From the NCBI GenBank assembly GCA_025061115.1, contig JANZKC010000001.1:352001-416000 (forward strand): 64,000 bases of DNA. Direction: 5' to 3'. The position numbers and the translations under genes are program-made. This DNA comes from Candidatus Culexmicrobium cathedralense (lineage in GTDB: Archaea; Thermoproteota; Methanomethylicia; Culexarchaeales; Culexmicrobiaceae). Shown in pieces: positions 19,930-29,818 of the stretch (positions within the stretch are counted from its first letter, which is position 1; each line of letters begins with the position of its first letter). The notes below the pieces were generated by a model. The model searched no databases. It was not told where the DNA came from and was given only the letters and a program-made list of their open reading frames with translations.

Positions 19930-21327
19930 TTGGGGATTAACTTGAAAGAACTATTAAGTTGGATAGTAGATGAGGGTAGAGCTGAAGGAGCTGACTACGT
20001 AGAAGCCAGATATCAAAAGTTCTTCAGCACCGAAATTGAAGTTCGAGACGGCAAGGTAATTTCGGCAACCCCAGGAATTGAAAGGGGAGTCGCAATTAGA
20101 GCTCTATTTAAAGGTGGATGGGGCTTCTCAACCACAAACGACGTAAGCAAAGAAGGCCTCAGATCAGCACTTAAAATGGCATTAAAAATGGCGAGGCAAG
20201 CAAGCGCAGACACTGAATTAATAACACTGGCACCAGCAACAGTAGTTGTAGATAAGGTTGAAGTTCCAGTAAAAGAGCCCCTAGAGGAAACTCCCATAGA
20301 TGAAAAGATAAAAGTACTACTTGAAGCCGACAAGTCGGCTAGAAGCGTGGCGCCATCAGTAAAGGCAACTTCAAACTACTGGGACTACTCGGAAGAGAAA
20401 ATCATATGCACAAGCGATGGAACCGAAATTGAAATTAAAAATTCATGGATATTCTTTGGCATATGGGCATACGCCAGCGAAGCAGGCCTCATACAATCAT
20501 ATAGAGATAGATTCGCAATGCTAGGAGGCTTCGAGGTAACAGAAAAAATGGACGTTCAAGGAAGAAGCAAAAGAGCAGCTGAAAAGGCATTAAATCTACT
20601 TAAAGCCAAGCCAGCGCCAGGCGGAAAATTCACAGTAGTTATTGACGGCGTGCTAGCAGGGCTACTCGCCCACGAAGCGATTGGCCACGCTTCGGAAGCA
20701 GACAGCGTATTGAGAGGAATAAGCGTGCTCAGAGGAAAGCTAGGGAAGAAAATAGGATCAAAGTACGTGACGCTAATAGACGACGCAACAATAACGGGGA
20801 GATTTGGAAGCGACTTCTACGACGACGAGGGAGTTAGAGCCCAAAGGAAAGTGCTAATTCAAAATGGAGTTCTAAAAGGATACCTAACCAATAGGGAAAC
20901 TGCAGAGAAAATGAACCTACCATTAACTGGAAACGCTAGAGCTCAAGACTACAGACACCCACCGATAGTTAGAATGACAAACACGTTCTTCCAGCCGGGA
21001 AACATGACCTTTGAAGAGCTAATAGAAGACATAAAGTACGGAATATATGCTAAAGGAGGAAGAGGAGGTCAAGTAAGCCCAGCAGAAGGAGTATTTCAAT
21101 TCGGAGCGCAGGAGGCATACCTAATTAAAAATGGGGAGCTGAAGGAGCAGCTTAGAGACTTCAGCATGAGCGGATTCATACTAGAAACGCTGAAAAACGT
21201 GACTGGAGTTGCAAAGGACTTCGAAATCTACCCAAGCTTCTGCGGAAAAGCAGGACAATTAATGAGAAACACTTGCGGAGGACCCCACGTAAGAATTGAA
21301 AATATAATTGTAGGAGGTAGAGCGTGA
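19930..21327 (+). CDS. tldD: TldD metalloprotease subunit
   Basis: HEAIGHASEAD, DDEG, GNARAQ, VRMTNT, CGKAGQ, GGPH. Confidence 0.93.
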   Translation: MGINLKELLSWIVDEGRAEGADYVEARYQKFFSTEIEVRDGKVISATPGIERGVAIRALFKGGWGFSTTNDVSKEGLRSALKMALKMARQASADTELITLAPATVVVDKVEVPVKEPLEETPIDEKIKVLLEADKSARSVAPSVKATSNYWDYSEEKIICTSDGTEIEIKNSWIFFGIWAYASEAGLIQSYRDRFAMLGGFEVTEKMDVQGRSKRAAEKALNLLKAKPAPGGKFTVVIDGVLAGLLAHEAIGHASEADSVLRGISVLRGKLGKKIGSKYVTLIDDATITGRFGSDFYDDEGVRAQRKVLIQNGVLKGYLTNRETAEKMNLPLTGNARAQDYRHPPIVRMTNTFFQPGNMTFEELIEDIKYGIYAKGGRGGQVSPAEGVFQFGAQEAYLIKNGELKEQLRDFSMSGFILETLKNVTGVAKDFEIYPSFCGKAGQLMRNTCGGPHVRIENIIVGGRA

Positions 21328-22679
21328 TGGAGCTAATTGAAGCCGTAAAATTTGCAGTTGAAAAAGCACTTAAGTTTGGAGCAAATCAAGCAGACGCATA
21401 CGCATCAAAAAGGCGCGAAACCTCAATTCAAGCGACAAACGACAAAATTGGAGGAATAAGGGATAGAAGAGCTACAAGCGAAACAATTGAAGGCATTGGC
21501 GTTAGAGTAGCCGTAGGAAAAAGCGTAGCCTACGCATACACTACCATACTAGAGGAGGAAAGCATCCTTCAAGCAATAAAAACCGCAATCAAATTAGCTA
21601 AAGTTAAAGAGCCAGATCCAGACTTTAAATCCCTACCGCCAGTTAAGCCTCCAGCTAAAGTTGAAGGCATATTTGATGAGGCGATAATTACACCGCCAGT
21701 AGACGAAGCATTCGAGCAGATAAGAAAAGTTCTAAGCGAAGCAATGGAGGCAAACCCCAACTTCAACACAGTAATTTCAGGATACTCATTCACATGGGCT
21801 GAAAGAGCAATAGCAAACAGCTTAGGAGTCGAAGTTCACTTTAAAGAAAGCATGGCAGGCACAGGAGTCTACATCATAGGCGAAAGGGAAGGATTGAGAA
21901 GCCTAGGTGGAAAAACCGATGAAAGCAGATTCCTCAAGGAAGTAGACATCGAAAAGTGCGCTGAAGAAGCAGTGAAGTACGCTAAAGTAGGGCTTGAAAA
22001 GACCAAGATAGAAGCAGGAGAAAAAACAGTTATTTTCCAGCCCGAAGCACTATCAAGCTTAATGCACTACGCATTCATCAATGCAATAAATGCCTACAAC
22101 GTTCAGGAAGGAAAATCGTACTTGACTGGAAAGCTTGAAACTCAAGTAGCCTCGGAAAAACTCACAATAATAGATGATGGAACCACACCTAAAGGATTAA
22201 GAACAGCGCCGGTTGATGGAGAAGGAGTGCCAACAAGGAGAAACGTGATAATCGATAAGGGAGTGCTGAAAAGCTACCTATACGACAGCTACACGGGATT
22301 CAAAGAAAATAGGGAAAGCACAGGCAATGCATCAAGGCAGTTTAGAAGCGCAGTGACAGTAGCTCCAAGAAACCACATCATAAGTGGAGAAGAAGTAAAG
22401 CTCGAAGAACTACTTGGAGAAGTGAAGGAAGGCCTACTCGTAAGGGGAGTTATGGGAGCACACAGCACAAACATAGCGACAGGAGCATTCTCAGTTCTAG
22501 CTAATCCAGCATACGTCATCAGAAACGGCGAAATAATGGGTCAAATAAAGGGATGCATGATTGCAGGGACATTCCAAGAACTACTAATGAAGTATTCAGC
22601 CCAAGGAGACGACGTAATTCAAAAAGGCTTCCTGGTAGCACCGTCCATCAAATTCGAAAAAGTGAGAATAGCACTCTAA
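21324..22679 (+). CDS. pmbA: TldE/PmbA subunit
   Basis: TldD/PmbA fold without HExxH; DGEG, STGNA, TGAFS; overlaps tldD stop (GTGA). Confidence 0.9.
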   Translation: MMELIEAVKFAVEKALKFGANQADAYASKRRETSIQATNDKIGGIRDRRATSETIEGIGVRVAVGKSVAYAYTTILEEESILQAIKTAIKLAKVKEPDPDFKSLPPVKPPAKVEGIFDEAIITPPVDEAFEQIRKVLSEAMEANPNFNTVISGYSFTWAERAIANSLGVEVHFKESMAGTGVYIIGEREGLRSLGGKTDESRFLKEVDIEKCAEEAVKYAKVGLEKTKIEAGEKTVIFQPEALSSLMHYAFINAINAYNVQEGKSYLTGKLETQVASEKLTIIDDGTTPKGLRTAPVDGEGVPTRRNVIIDKGVLKSYLYDSYTGFKENRESTGNASRQFRSAVTVAPRNHIISGEEVKLEELLGEVKEGLLVRGVMGAHSTNIATGAFSVLANPAYVIRNGEIMGQIKGCMIAGTFQELLMKYSAQGDDVIQKGFLVAPSIKFEKVRIAL

Positions 22680-22681
22680 AC

Positions 22682-23332
22682 TCAACCACCTTTCTTTATT
22701 ACCTTAACTCCAACAACATTTTCAATTTCTTCAACACTTATAGCTCCCTCCCTAACAACCACCAGGGAACTCCCAGTCAAATCCACCACAGTTGATGGAA
22801 CGCCAATTGGGCACTCACCAGCATCAATAACGAGGTCAACGGCATCACCCAATTGCCTCAAAGCTTCATGAGCAGTTCTAGGTGCCCTCCCACCAGAAAT
22901 GTTTGCACTTGTACCTAAAATATATCCATTGCAAAGCTCCGCAAGTTTAACTGCCACCAAGTGATTGGGCATTCTAACCCCCAACGAGAACCTGCCGGCA
23001 GTCACTTCATTTGGAACGTAGGGCTTCTTGGGCAGAACAATAGTTAATGGGCCCGGCCAAAAAGACCTCATCAACCTCAAAGCAAGGTCATTAACATAGA
23101 CCACTTCCTCAGCAGCCCTAATGCTTGAAACTATAACTGGCATAGGCTTTCCAGATCTCCTTTTAACAAAAATAGCCTTCTTAACCGCCCTGACATCAAA
23201 TGGATTTGCACCTAAGCCATAAACAGTGTCCGTTGGGTAAACTATTAGACCTCCAGAAAGAACGATGTCTGAAGCTTCAACTAGAATTGATAAGCTAAAC
23301 GCAGTTGGAGAGATTGTGATAATCCTAACCAT
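22682..23332 (-). CDS. sua5: L-threonylcarbamoyladenylate synthase (Sua5/TsaC, YrdC domain only)
   Basis: YPTDTVYGLG, KRR, FWPGPLT, GVRMP, TSANISG, PSTVVD, REGAI. Confidence 0.93.
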   Translation of the reverse strand: MVRIITISPTAFSLSILVEASDIVLSGGLIVYPTDTVYGLGANPFDVRAVKKAIFVKRRSGKPMPVIVSSIRAAEEVVYVNDLALRLMRSFWPGPLTIVLPKKPYVPNEVTAGRFSLGVRMPNHLVAVKLAELCNGYILGTSANISGGRAPRTAHEALRQLGDAVDLVIDAGECPIGVPSTVVDLTGSSLVVVREGAISVEEIENVVGVKVIKKGG

Positions 23333-23377
23333 ATCAACAAAACATGAGCTTAAACAAGCCCTTAAAAGTTTTGTAAG

Positions 23378-25351
23378 TTAGCTGAAACCAGCAAGCTTAA
23401 AAACTATGTTTGCTGCACCTCCAACAATCAACGCTAAGACAATGCTTACAGCTGAAATTATGGCAGCCCTCTTCCACCCGAACTCCTTAACTAATGCAGC
23501 AATAGTAGCTATGCATGGAACATAAATCATTGTAACCAGCGAAAAAACGACCATTTGACCTCCACTTAAAACAGCTCCAAAGTCTTCAATTCCAAAAACC
23601 TCCAAGAGCATTATTAGCGTAAGCTCCTTCCTTAAAATTCCAAAAATAAGTGGAACCGCACATTCAGCAGGCAAGCCAAGCAAACCAGAAATAATTGGAC
23701 TTGCAATTGAGGATATCGTCCAAATGAAGCCAGTAATCTTGAAAAACTCCAAAACAACGCTTCCAAGAACAATGAGTGGAAGCGCAACGTAGATGAAATC
23801 CTTAGTTCTTACCCACGTCTTAATGATCACAGTTTTAATCATTGGAGCCCTATAGTCGGGTATCTCCATGATCAATCCAATGGGCTCACCTGGAAGTTTT
23901 TTAGTTAAAAAGCGCCCAAGCAAAATAACCAGGATTAAGTCAAAAGCGTAAAGCGAAAGAGCCGGAAGAAGACCAACATACTTACCCACAAGCCCTAGAA
24001 TAACTACGGTTCTAGCTGCGCATGGAATTAAAACTACTAGGAAACCAAGAATCAACCGCTCCCTATCAGTCTCCATAATTCTACATCCAATGCAAGCGGG
24101 GACATTACAGCCATAACCCAACAATAGCGGTATGAAGCCCTTCCCATGAAGGCCAATCTTGTGCATCAAGTTGTCCATCAGAAAAGCAGCTCTAGGCAAG
24201 TAGCCTGAGTCCTCAAGCAAAGCTAGTAAAATGTAGAAAGTAAGCACATACGGAATTGCTATTGTAACTCCAGCAATTACGCCGGTGAAAAAGCCATTAA
24301 TAATTATGTCAGCTACAAGGCTCGAAAAAGAGCTGTAAATTAATGATTCAATTGGAGGCAACAATAAATCCTCAATCAAGTATGATAAGAACTCTTCAAG
24401 AACAGCGCCCCCCATAAAGACTAATGAAAAGACGGAAATCATAATCGCCAGAAGAATTGGATACCCAAAGATTGGGTGCGTAGTTATGTAGTCAAGCCTT
24501 TCAGATAACGTAACTTTAGCAACAGCCTCAATCCTCTGCACCTTCGATATCACCCTATTAATTATCGAGTACCTCTCGGAAGCAATAATCACAGGCGAAG
24601 GCTCACCATGCATCTCCTCAAGCTGGCTAGCAAGCTCATCAGCCAGCAAAAGCACGAGCGACCCATTCTCCATGCTTGAAATGCGCCTAACGACCTCCTC
24701 ATCCTTCTCGAGAAGCTTAACTGCAATCCAACGGGCAGGATAATTTTCACATAATTCTGGAAGGTTCTCAGCTATAGCTCTAACTAAAACTTGAATTCTC
24801 TCCTCAACCTCCCTTCCATACTCAATCTTCATGGGATGAAGCTCCAACTTGCCCTCAACAACATCAATGATCGTGGAAAGAAGTCTATCCACTCCATAAC
24901 CAGTAACAGCTATAGTCGGAATAACAGGAACACCTAAAATCATCTGAAGCAATGAAACATCAATTTTAATTCCCTTCTTAGAAGCGACATCCCATAAGTT
25001 TAAAGCAATCACAATTGGAGCTTCAAGCTCCAGAAGCTGTATTGTCAAGTACAGGTTTCGCTCCAGCGCCGAGGCATCAACAATGTTCACAACAACATCC
25101 GGCCGCTCAACTGCAATGTAATCCCTAGCAACGATCTCCTCTTGCGAATAAGCTGAAAGCGAATAGGTTCCAGGCAGATCGAGCACACAAATCTCATACC
25201 CTCTATAGAAAAGCTTGCCCTCAGCCCGCTCAACCGTTTTTCCAGGCCAATTCCCAACAGTTTGACTTGCACCTGTAAGTTGATTGAAAATAACGCTCTT
25301 ACCAACATTTGGATTCCCAGCTAGAGCAACAGTAATTCTCTTGCCAGCCAA
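23378..25351 (-). CDS. feoB: Ferrous iron transporter FeoB
   Basis: GNPNVGKS, VGNWPGKTVE, DLPGTYSL, LEDSGYLPRAAF, GYGCNVPA, YVPCIAT. Confidence 0.96.
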   Translation of the reverse strand: MAGKRITVALAGNPNVGKSVIFNQLTGASQTVGNWPGKTVERAEGKLFYRGYEICVLDLPGTYSLSAYSQEEIVARDYIAVERPDVVVNIVDASALERNLYLTIQLLELEAPIVIALNLWDVASKKGIKIDVSLLQMILGVPVIPTIAVTGYGVDRLLSTIIDVVEGKLELHPMKIEYGREVEERIQVLVRAIAENLPELCENYPARWIAVKLLEKDEEVVRRISSMENGSLVLLLADELASQLEEMHGEPSPVIIASERYSIINRVISKVQRIEAVAKVTLSERLDYITTHPIFGYPILLAIMISVFSLVFMGGAVLEEFLSYLIEDLLLPPIESLIYSSFSSLVADIIINGFFTGVIAGVTIAIPYVLTFYILLALLEDSGYLPRAAFLMDNLMHKIGLHGKGFIPLLLGYGCNVPACIGCRIMETDRERLILGFLVVLIPCAARTVVILGLVGKYVGLLPALSLYAFDLILVILLGRFLTKKLPGEPIGLIMEIPDYRAPMIKTVIIKTWVRTKDFIYVALPLIVLGSVVLEFFKITGFIWTISSIASPIISGLLGLPAECAVPLIFGILRKELTLIMLLEVFGIEDFGAVLSGGQMVVFSLVTMIYVPCIATIAALVKEFGWKRAAIISAVSIVLALIVGGAANIVFKLAGFS

Positions 25352-25353
25352 TG

Positions 25354-25986
25354 CTAATCCTCCAAAACTTTAATGAAAACCCTAGACGCTACACCTCTTC
25401 CAAGCGCGACAGAACAACCTCTAACCTGAACTACGATCGGCCCTCCAAAAGGAGCATTCCTCACAACAGTAACTTCAACTCCAGGAGTTAACCCCATATC
25501 GGCTAATCTTCTTATAAAGCCATATCCACCAACCATGAATGCAACTACACCCTTACTTCCAGGAGAAAGAGATGATAGAGGTTTAACCTCTTCAATCCTA
25601 CCTTCAAGCGAGCTTAAGGAGCTGTGAAGCTGATCTAAACTGGCTTCATCCAATCCATGGCTGAACGTCCAATGAGCCCGCATATCCCTAATGGTCTTAA
25701 AGCTCTGCCATGGAGAAGTATATTTGTGAATATACTTATCATGCAAAAATCTTTCCCTATGGCTTAAAACTAGGGATCTACCTGCCTCGGTCAGGTCATA
25801 TGTGCCGTCAACTATAAGCCCCTCTCTAATAGCCAAGTTCAAAGCTTCAACGATATTATTAACATTAACTCCAAGGCGGCTTGCAATCAAATCCGGAGTT
25901 GGGACGATGCCTTTAGCTTTAATTGACAATATCACTTCAAGCACGCAAGGAATAAGCCGCCTAATTCTTCTCCTACTAAAAATCAT
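25354..25986 (-). CDS. wHTH/His-rich + FeoA domain protein (DtxR-like architecture)
   Basis: N-terminal HTH (LIASRLGV..LTEAG); C-terminal FeoA (RRLADMGLTPG..RNAPFGGPI..VALGRG); GGAGG RBS. Confidence 0.82.
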   Translation of the reverse strand: MIFSRRRIRRLIPCVLEVILSIKAKGIVPTPDLIASRLGVNVNNIVEALNLAIREGLIVDGTYDLTEAGRSLVLSHRERFLHDKYIHKYTSPWQSFKTIRDMRAHWTFSHGLDEASLDQLHSSLSSLEGRIEEVKPLSSLSPGSKGVVAFMVGGYGFIRRLADMGLTPGVEVTVVRNAPFGGPIVVQVRGCSVALGRGVASRVFIKVLED

Positions 25987-26123
25987 GGTTCAACCTCCTA
26001 TGGAATGAACATAACTTTAATGGTCGCTGATGCTGGCAGATGTCCACTGCAACAATTTGCCACATTAACGTAACATGCACCTCAATTTTCGGATTTACGA
26101 AAATCAAAATATACCTTACGCTT

Positions 26124-28586
26124 TCACTTCAAAACTTCCACGCGGCTAACTCCAGACTCATCTTTGTAAATGTGAATTTGACTTTCAAAGTATGGGCTAT
26201 CCCTAACTTCATCTACGTGGGAAATCACTATTATGCGCTCATAGTCCTTTTGAAGCTCATTAAGAGTTCTAAGCAGCTCGCTTCTAAACTCCCTGCTCAA
26301 CGGCCCAAACCCCTCATCTATGATTAGGAAGCGAGGAGCTACGCCGGCTTTCTCAGCTAAGGCCCTTGCTATTCCAAGCCTAATTGCAAAGCCTAGCAAA
26401 ACCATTTCTCCACCAGAATAGGTTGTTAAATCCCTAATAGTAGCTCCATCATAAACTATTATTGAAACAGCATCTTCAAGAGCCTCTATCCTAATGCTCT
26501 TTCCAGGAAGGAATCTAGAGACGTAGTGGTCAGCCCACTCCTCAACCCGCTCCAAATACCTCTTAAGAAGAGCCAACGGTAAGCCTTTCTCATGAAAAAC
26601 ATACTGGTACAGGTAAAGGTATACGTTGACCTTTCTCTCAAGCTCTAAGCTCTTAGATTGAAGCTCCTTAAGCTTCCTCCTCTTATTCTCAATTTCCCTC
26701 AAAGAATCCACGATAAGCTTTAATTGCTCTTCAACTCTTGCCTTGCGATTGCTCATTTCAACAATTAATGAATCAACCTCTTCAATTTTTGATTTAACCC
26801 TCTTCAGCTCCAAATCCAGCTTTCCCTTCAACTCGCGAAGTGAAGGATACTCACCAAGCTTAGATTCAAGCTGAGCAATTAGAGCTTCAAGTTCAATTTT
26901 CCTTCGCTTCAACTCGTCAATTCTACCTGCAGCCTCCCTTACCTCCATCAAATTCCTCGAAAGCTGCTCAAGCTTCTCCTTAAGCACATTTAGAGCTCCT
27001 CTTGCCTCCCCAATCTTTATGAGAACGCCAAACATTAGCATGAACTGACTTGATAACTTCGAGAACCTGCTCATGACGTCGCTGAGCTTTGCCTCTTCAT
27101 CGCTTAGCTCTTTAACGTAAGCATCCAGCTCCTTTACTTGCCGATTTAATTGCTCAATTTTAGCTGCAAGCCTTGAAGCCATCTTCTCAGCGTATCTCAA
27201 CTTCTCCTTTGATAACTTCAATTTCTCAATTTTTAGAGCTATAGCCCGCTTCTCTCCCTCTAAAGACTTCACCTTTGAACTTATAGTAGCCAACTCTTCG
27301 GAGAGATGCCTGATAGCTTCACCTGCCCTTTCCCTACTCAGCTTAGTGCTACAAACCGGACATGTGACTTCGTCTCCTAAATTCTCCTTGAGCGCACTTA
27401 TGCTCTTTTCAATGAAGCCCGAGTATCCAGTGAGCTTTGAAATTTCCATTTCTATACGGCTAAGCTCATCGCTTAGCTCATCGTACTTTTTAGCTTCAGC
27501 TTCTAATCTTCCTAGTTCCTCTTTAACACTCCCAAGTTCCCTCTGAGCATCAGCTAGCTCTTTTTGGAGAAAATCCCTCTTTGAAGTAAGCTGCTTTAAC
27601 TGGAAAATTCTCTCCCTAATTATCTCCGCATTCCGCTCCAATTCGAACATTTCCTCAAGAATTTGCATTTGACGTGAAAGTAGAGAGTGCTTTCTCTCCA
27701 ATTCCTTTCTTTGACTCAAAAGAGAGCCGAGCTCCTCTAAATCCTTAGAAATACGCATAAACTCCTCTCTGTAAGCAGTAAGAGTCTTACTTAGCTGATC
27801 TAAGCTAGCTAACCTCCTCTCAACGCCAGTTAGCTCGCGCTGAACTTCTTCGACTCTCTCGCCAAGCTGTCTCTTCTCATCGCTCAACTTCCTAAACTTA
27901 ACGTTAATCTCTTTAAGCTGAGCTTCAAGCTCAACTGCTTTTAATTTCAAATCTTCCTCAACGGAAATTTCCTCATTGATTTTCTCGATTTCGCTCTTCA
28001 ACTTCTCAAGTTCACTCTTAGTTTTAATGTATAGCTCCCTCGCCACCTCCTTATGCTTTGTGAAATCTATGTCGAAAGCCTTTAGGAAAAGCTTCCTACG
28101 ATCGGAGGGAGTTATATCTCTACTTATTAGCTCAGCAACCCTTCCCTGCCTAACAACTATCGTATTCATAAATGTCTTGAAGTCCAAGCCTACCAGCTTT
28201 TCAATTTCACTTTCAACTGCACTCACGCCGGTAGCTATAGTTCTCTCAATATTTCCATCATCACTTAACTTATATAGAACTGCGCTTGAAGAACCCTCCC
28301 TCTGCAGTACCCTAATCACCCTATATTTAGAGCCAGTTGGAACTCTAAACTCAATTTCAACTCTAGATTTTAAAGCCCAGCTTGGAATTACGTGCTTAGC
28401 ATACTCCTTCTTCGCTTGCCCATAAGCCCTACCATAAAGTGCAAGTGTCACAGCGTCCACGAAGAATGTTGTTTTACCTGCGCCAGTACTCCCAAAAACC
28501 GATATTGTCGGCCCAAGCTTATTTAAGTCTAGCTCAGCCCTCCTATACGTTGCGAAATTCTCGACTTTAATACGCTCAATAATCAT
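26124..28586 (-). CDS. rad50: SbcC/Rad50 SMC-like ATPase
   Basis: Walker A GSTGAGKTT, Q-loop VRQG, coiled coils with CPVC zinc hook, YSGGE, LIIDEGFG, ISH. Confidence 0.92.
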   Translation of the reverse strand: MIIERIKVENFATYRRAELDLNKLGPTISVFGSTGAGKTTFFVDAVTLALYGRAYGQAKKEYAKHVIPSWALKSRVEIEFRVPTGSKYRVIRVLQREGSSSAVLYKLSDDGNIERTIATGVSAVESEIEKLVGLDFKTFMNTIVVRQGRVAELISRDITPSDRRKLFLKAFDIDFTKHKEVARELYIKTKSELEKLKSEIEKINEEISVEEDLKLKAVELEAQLKEINVKFRKLSDEKRQLGERVEEVQRELTGVERRLASLDQLSKTLTAYREEFMRISKDLEELGSLLSQRKELERKHSLLSRQMQILEEMFELERNAEIIRERIFQLKQLTSKRDFLQKELADAQRELGSVKEELGRLEAEAKKYDELSDELSRIEMEISKLTGYSGFIEKSISALKENLGDEVTCPVCSTKLSRERAGEAIRHLSEELATISSKVKSLEGEKRAIALKIEKLKLSKEKLRYAEKMASRLAAKIEQLNRQVKELDAYVKELSDEEAKLSDVMSRFSKLSSQFMLMFGVLIKIGEARGALNVLKEKLEQLSRNLMEVREAAGRIDELKRRKIELEALIAQLESKLGEYPSLRELKGKLDLELKRVKSKIEEVDSLIVEMSNRKARVEEQLKLIVDSLREIENKRRKLKELQSKSLELERKVNVYLYLYQYVFHEKGLPLALLKRYLERVEEWADHYVSRFLPGKSIRIEALEDAVSIIVYDGATIRDLTTYSGGEMVLLGFAIRLGIARALAEKAGVAPRFLIIDEGFGPLSREFRSELLRTLNELQKDYERIIVISHVDEVRDSPYFESQIHIYKDESGVSRVEVLK

Positions 28587-29818
28587 TAACGCTCCCCTCG
28601 CTCGAGGCTCTCAATGATCTTCAAGCCCTCAGCTAACATCAGCTCAATAAGCTCCTTGGATATTGAGGGCAAGTACTTCTTAGCTAAGATCCCCTCAACA
28701 TACTCCCTGAAAGCATCTCTAATGCTTGTAAAGCTCCTCCTAATGTGCACGTCGCTGACCCTCGCCCTCACCAAGTCTATTACCCAATGCATCACATTCT
28801 TCTCTCTCATCACCTTCGCAATTTCACTCCTATCGATGCCCCGCCCATATGGAAGCTTAACCAAAATTCTAACAATTGACTCTTCAGGTATTCTAGTCGA
28901 GCGCAAAACTTCAACAAGCTTTCTAGTTGGACTTAACGCATCAGTTAAATCGAAAACATCCTCCGAAAAACCATACTTTTCCCTAGGCAAAGTCACTAAG
29001 GGCCTGCATGGAAGCTCCTCAAACCTATACTCAAGATCACCTCCAACCTCCTCAACCAAAACCACGCCCTTATCCTCATCCTCCTCCCCAAAATTCATCC
29101 TCTCAATAGAGCCGGAGTAAACTATGGAGCGCTTCAGCTCCTGATAGCGGTGAATATGTCCAAGAGCAGCGTAGCTAATATCGCTCTTGGAGAAAACGCT
29201 CTTAGGAACTCTAACATCAAAAATAGGGAGATATCCAGCCGACGAACTTACTTGAGCACCTTCAACATGAAAGTGAGCTGAAACGACGAGGTAGTCGTAG
29301 TTTCCCCCATCCTTAATAAAGCTATCCAAAGCATCATCAATCAACTTTACGTACTCTTGCTCCTCCATACCTGCAATTGGAAAGTATGGTAATGATATGA
29401 ACTTTACAGCCCTCCCACTCCTGGAGCCCCTCAAAATGATTGAGCCCGGCTTATTGAAGTAATAGAATCTAGGGGCTCTAGCTTCATAAATAGCCTTTAA
29501 GTAAGCCTCAGTCCTGGAGGTTCGAGGCTGATCGTGATTGCCGGCAGTAACCAACACATAAACGTCGTTCTCAGCCAAGGAAGCAACAAACTTTGAAAAC
29601 TCGTTTAAAAGCAAGCCGCTCGGCCTTAAGGAGTGAAAGATGTCGCCTGAAATAACAAGAAAGTCGCACTCATTATTGATCACTAAATCCCTAATTCTCA
29701 TGAGCTGCTTAATGAAATCACTATCCCGCCTTTGAGCCACAATTGAATTGGGCTCAGCACCTCTCAATCCAGCTCCAAGATGAAAATCCGCCGTATGGAG
29801 AATTTTAAGTCGAGCCAC
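28586..29818 (-). CDS. mre11: SbcD/Mre11 nuclease
   Basis: HTADFHLG, SGDIFH, AGNHD, ALGHIH, YSGSIER; GGAGG RBS before GTG 29818. Confidence 0.92.
   Translation of the reverse strand: MARLKILHTADFHLGAGLRGAEPNSIVAQRRDSDFIKQLMRIRDLVINNECDFLVISGDIFHSLRPSGLLLNEFSKFVASLAENDVYVLVTAGNHDQPRTSRTEAYLKAIYEARAPRFYYFNKPGSIILRGSRSGRAVKFISLPYFPIAGMEEQEYVKLIDDALDSFIKDGGNYDYLVVSAHFHVEGAQVSSSAGYLPIFDVRVPKSVFSKSDISYAALGHIHRYQELKRSIVYSGSIERMNFGEEDEDKGVVLVEEVGGDLEYRFEELPCRPLVTLPREKYGFSEDVFDLTDALSPTRKLVEVLRSTRIPEESIVRILVKLPYGRGIDRSEIAKVMREKNVMHWVIDLVRARVSDVHIRRSFTSIRDAFREYVEGILAKKYLPSISKELIELMLAEGLKIIESLERGER

Noticed and set aside
25976-26065. 29-aa His/Cys-containing ORF upstream of the feoA fusion
   Set aside because: Tempting as a metal-sensing leader, but the RBS is distant and there is no other support.
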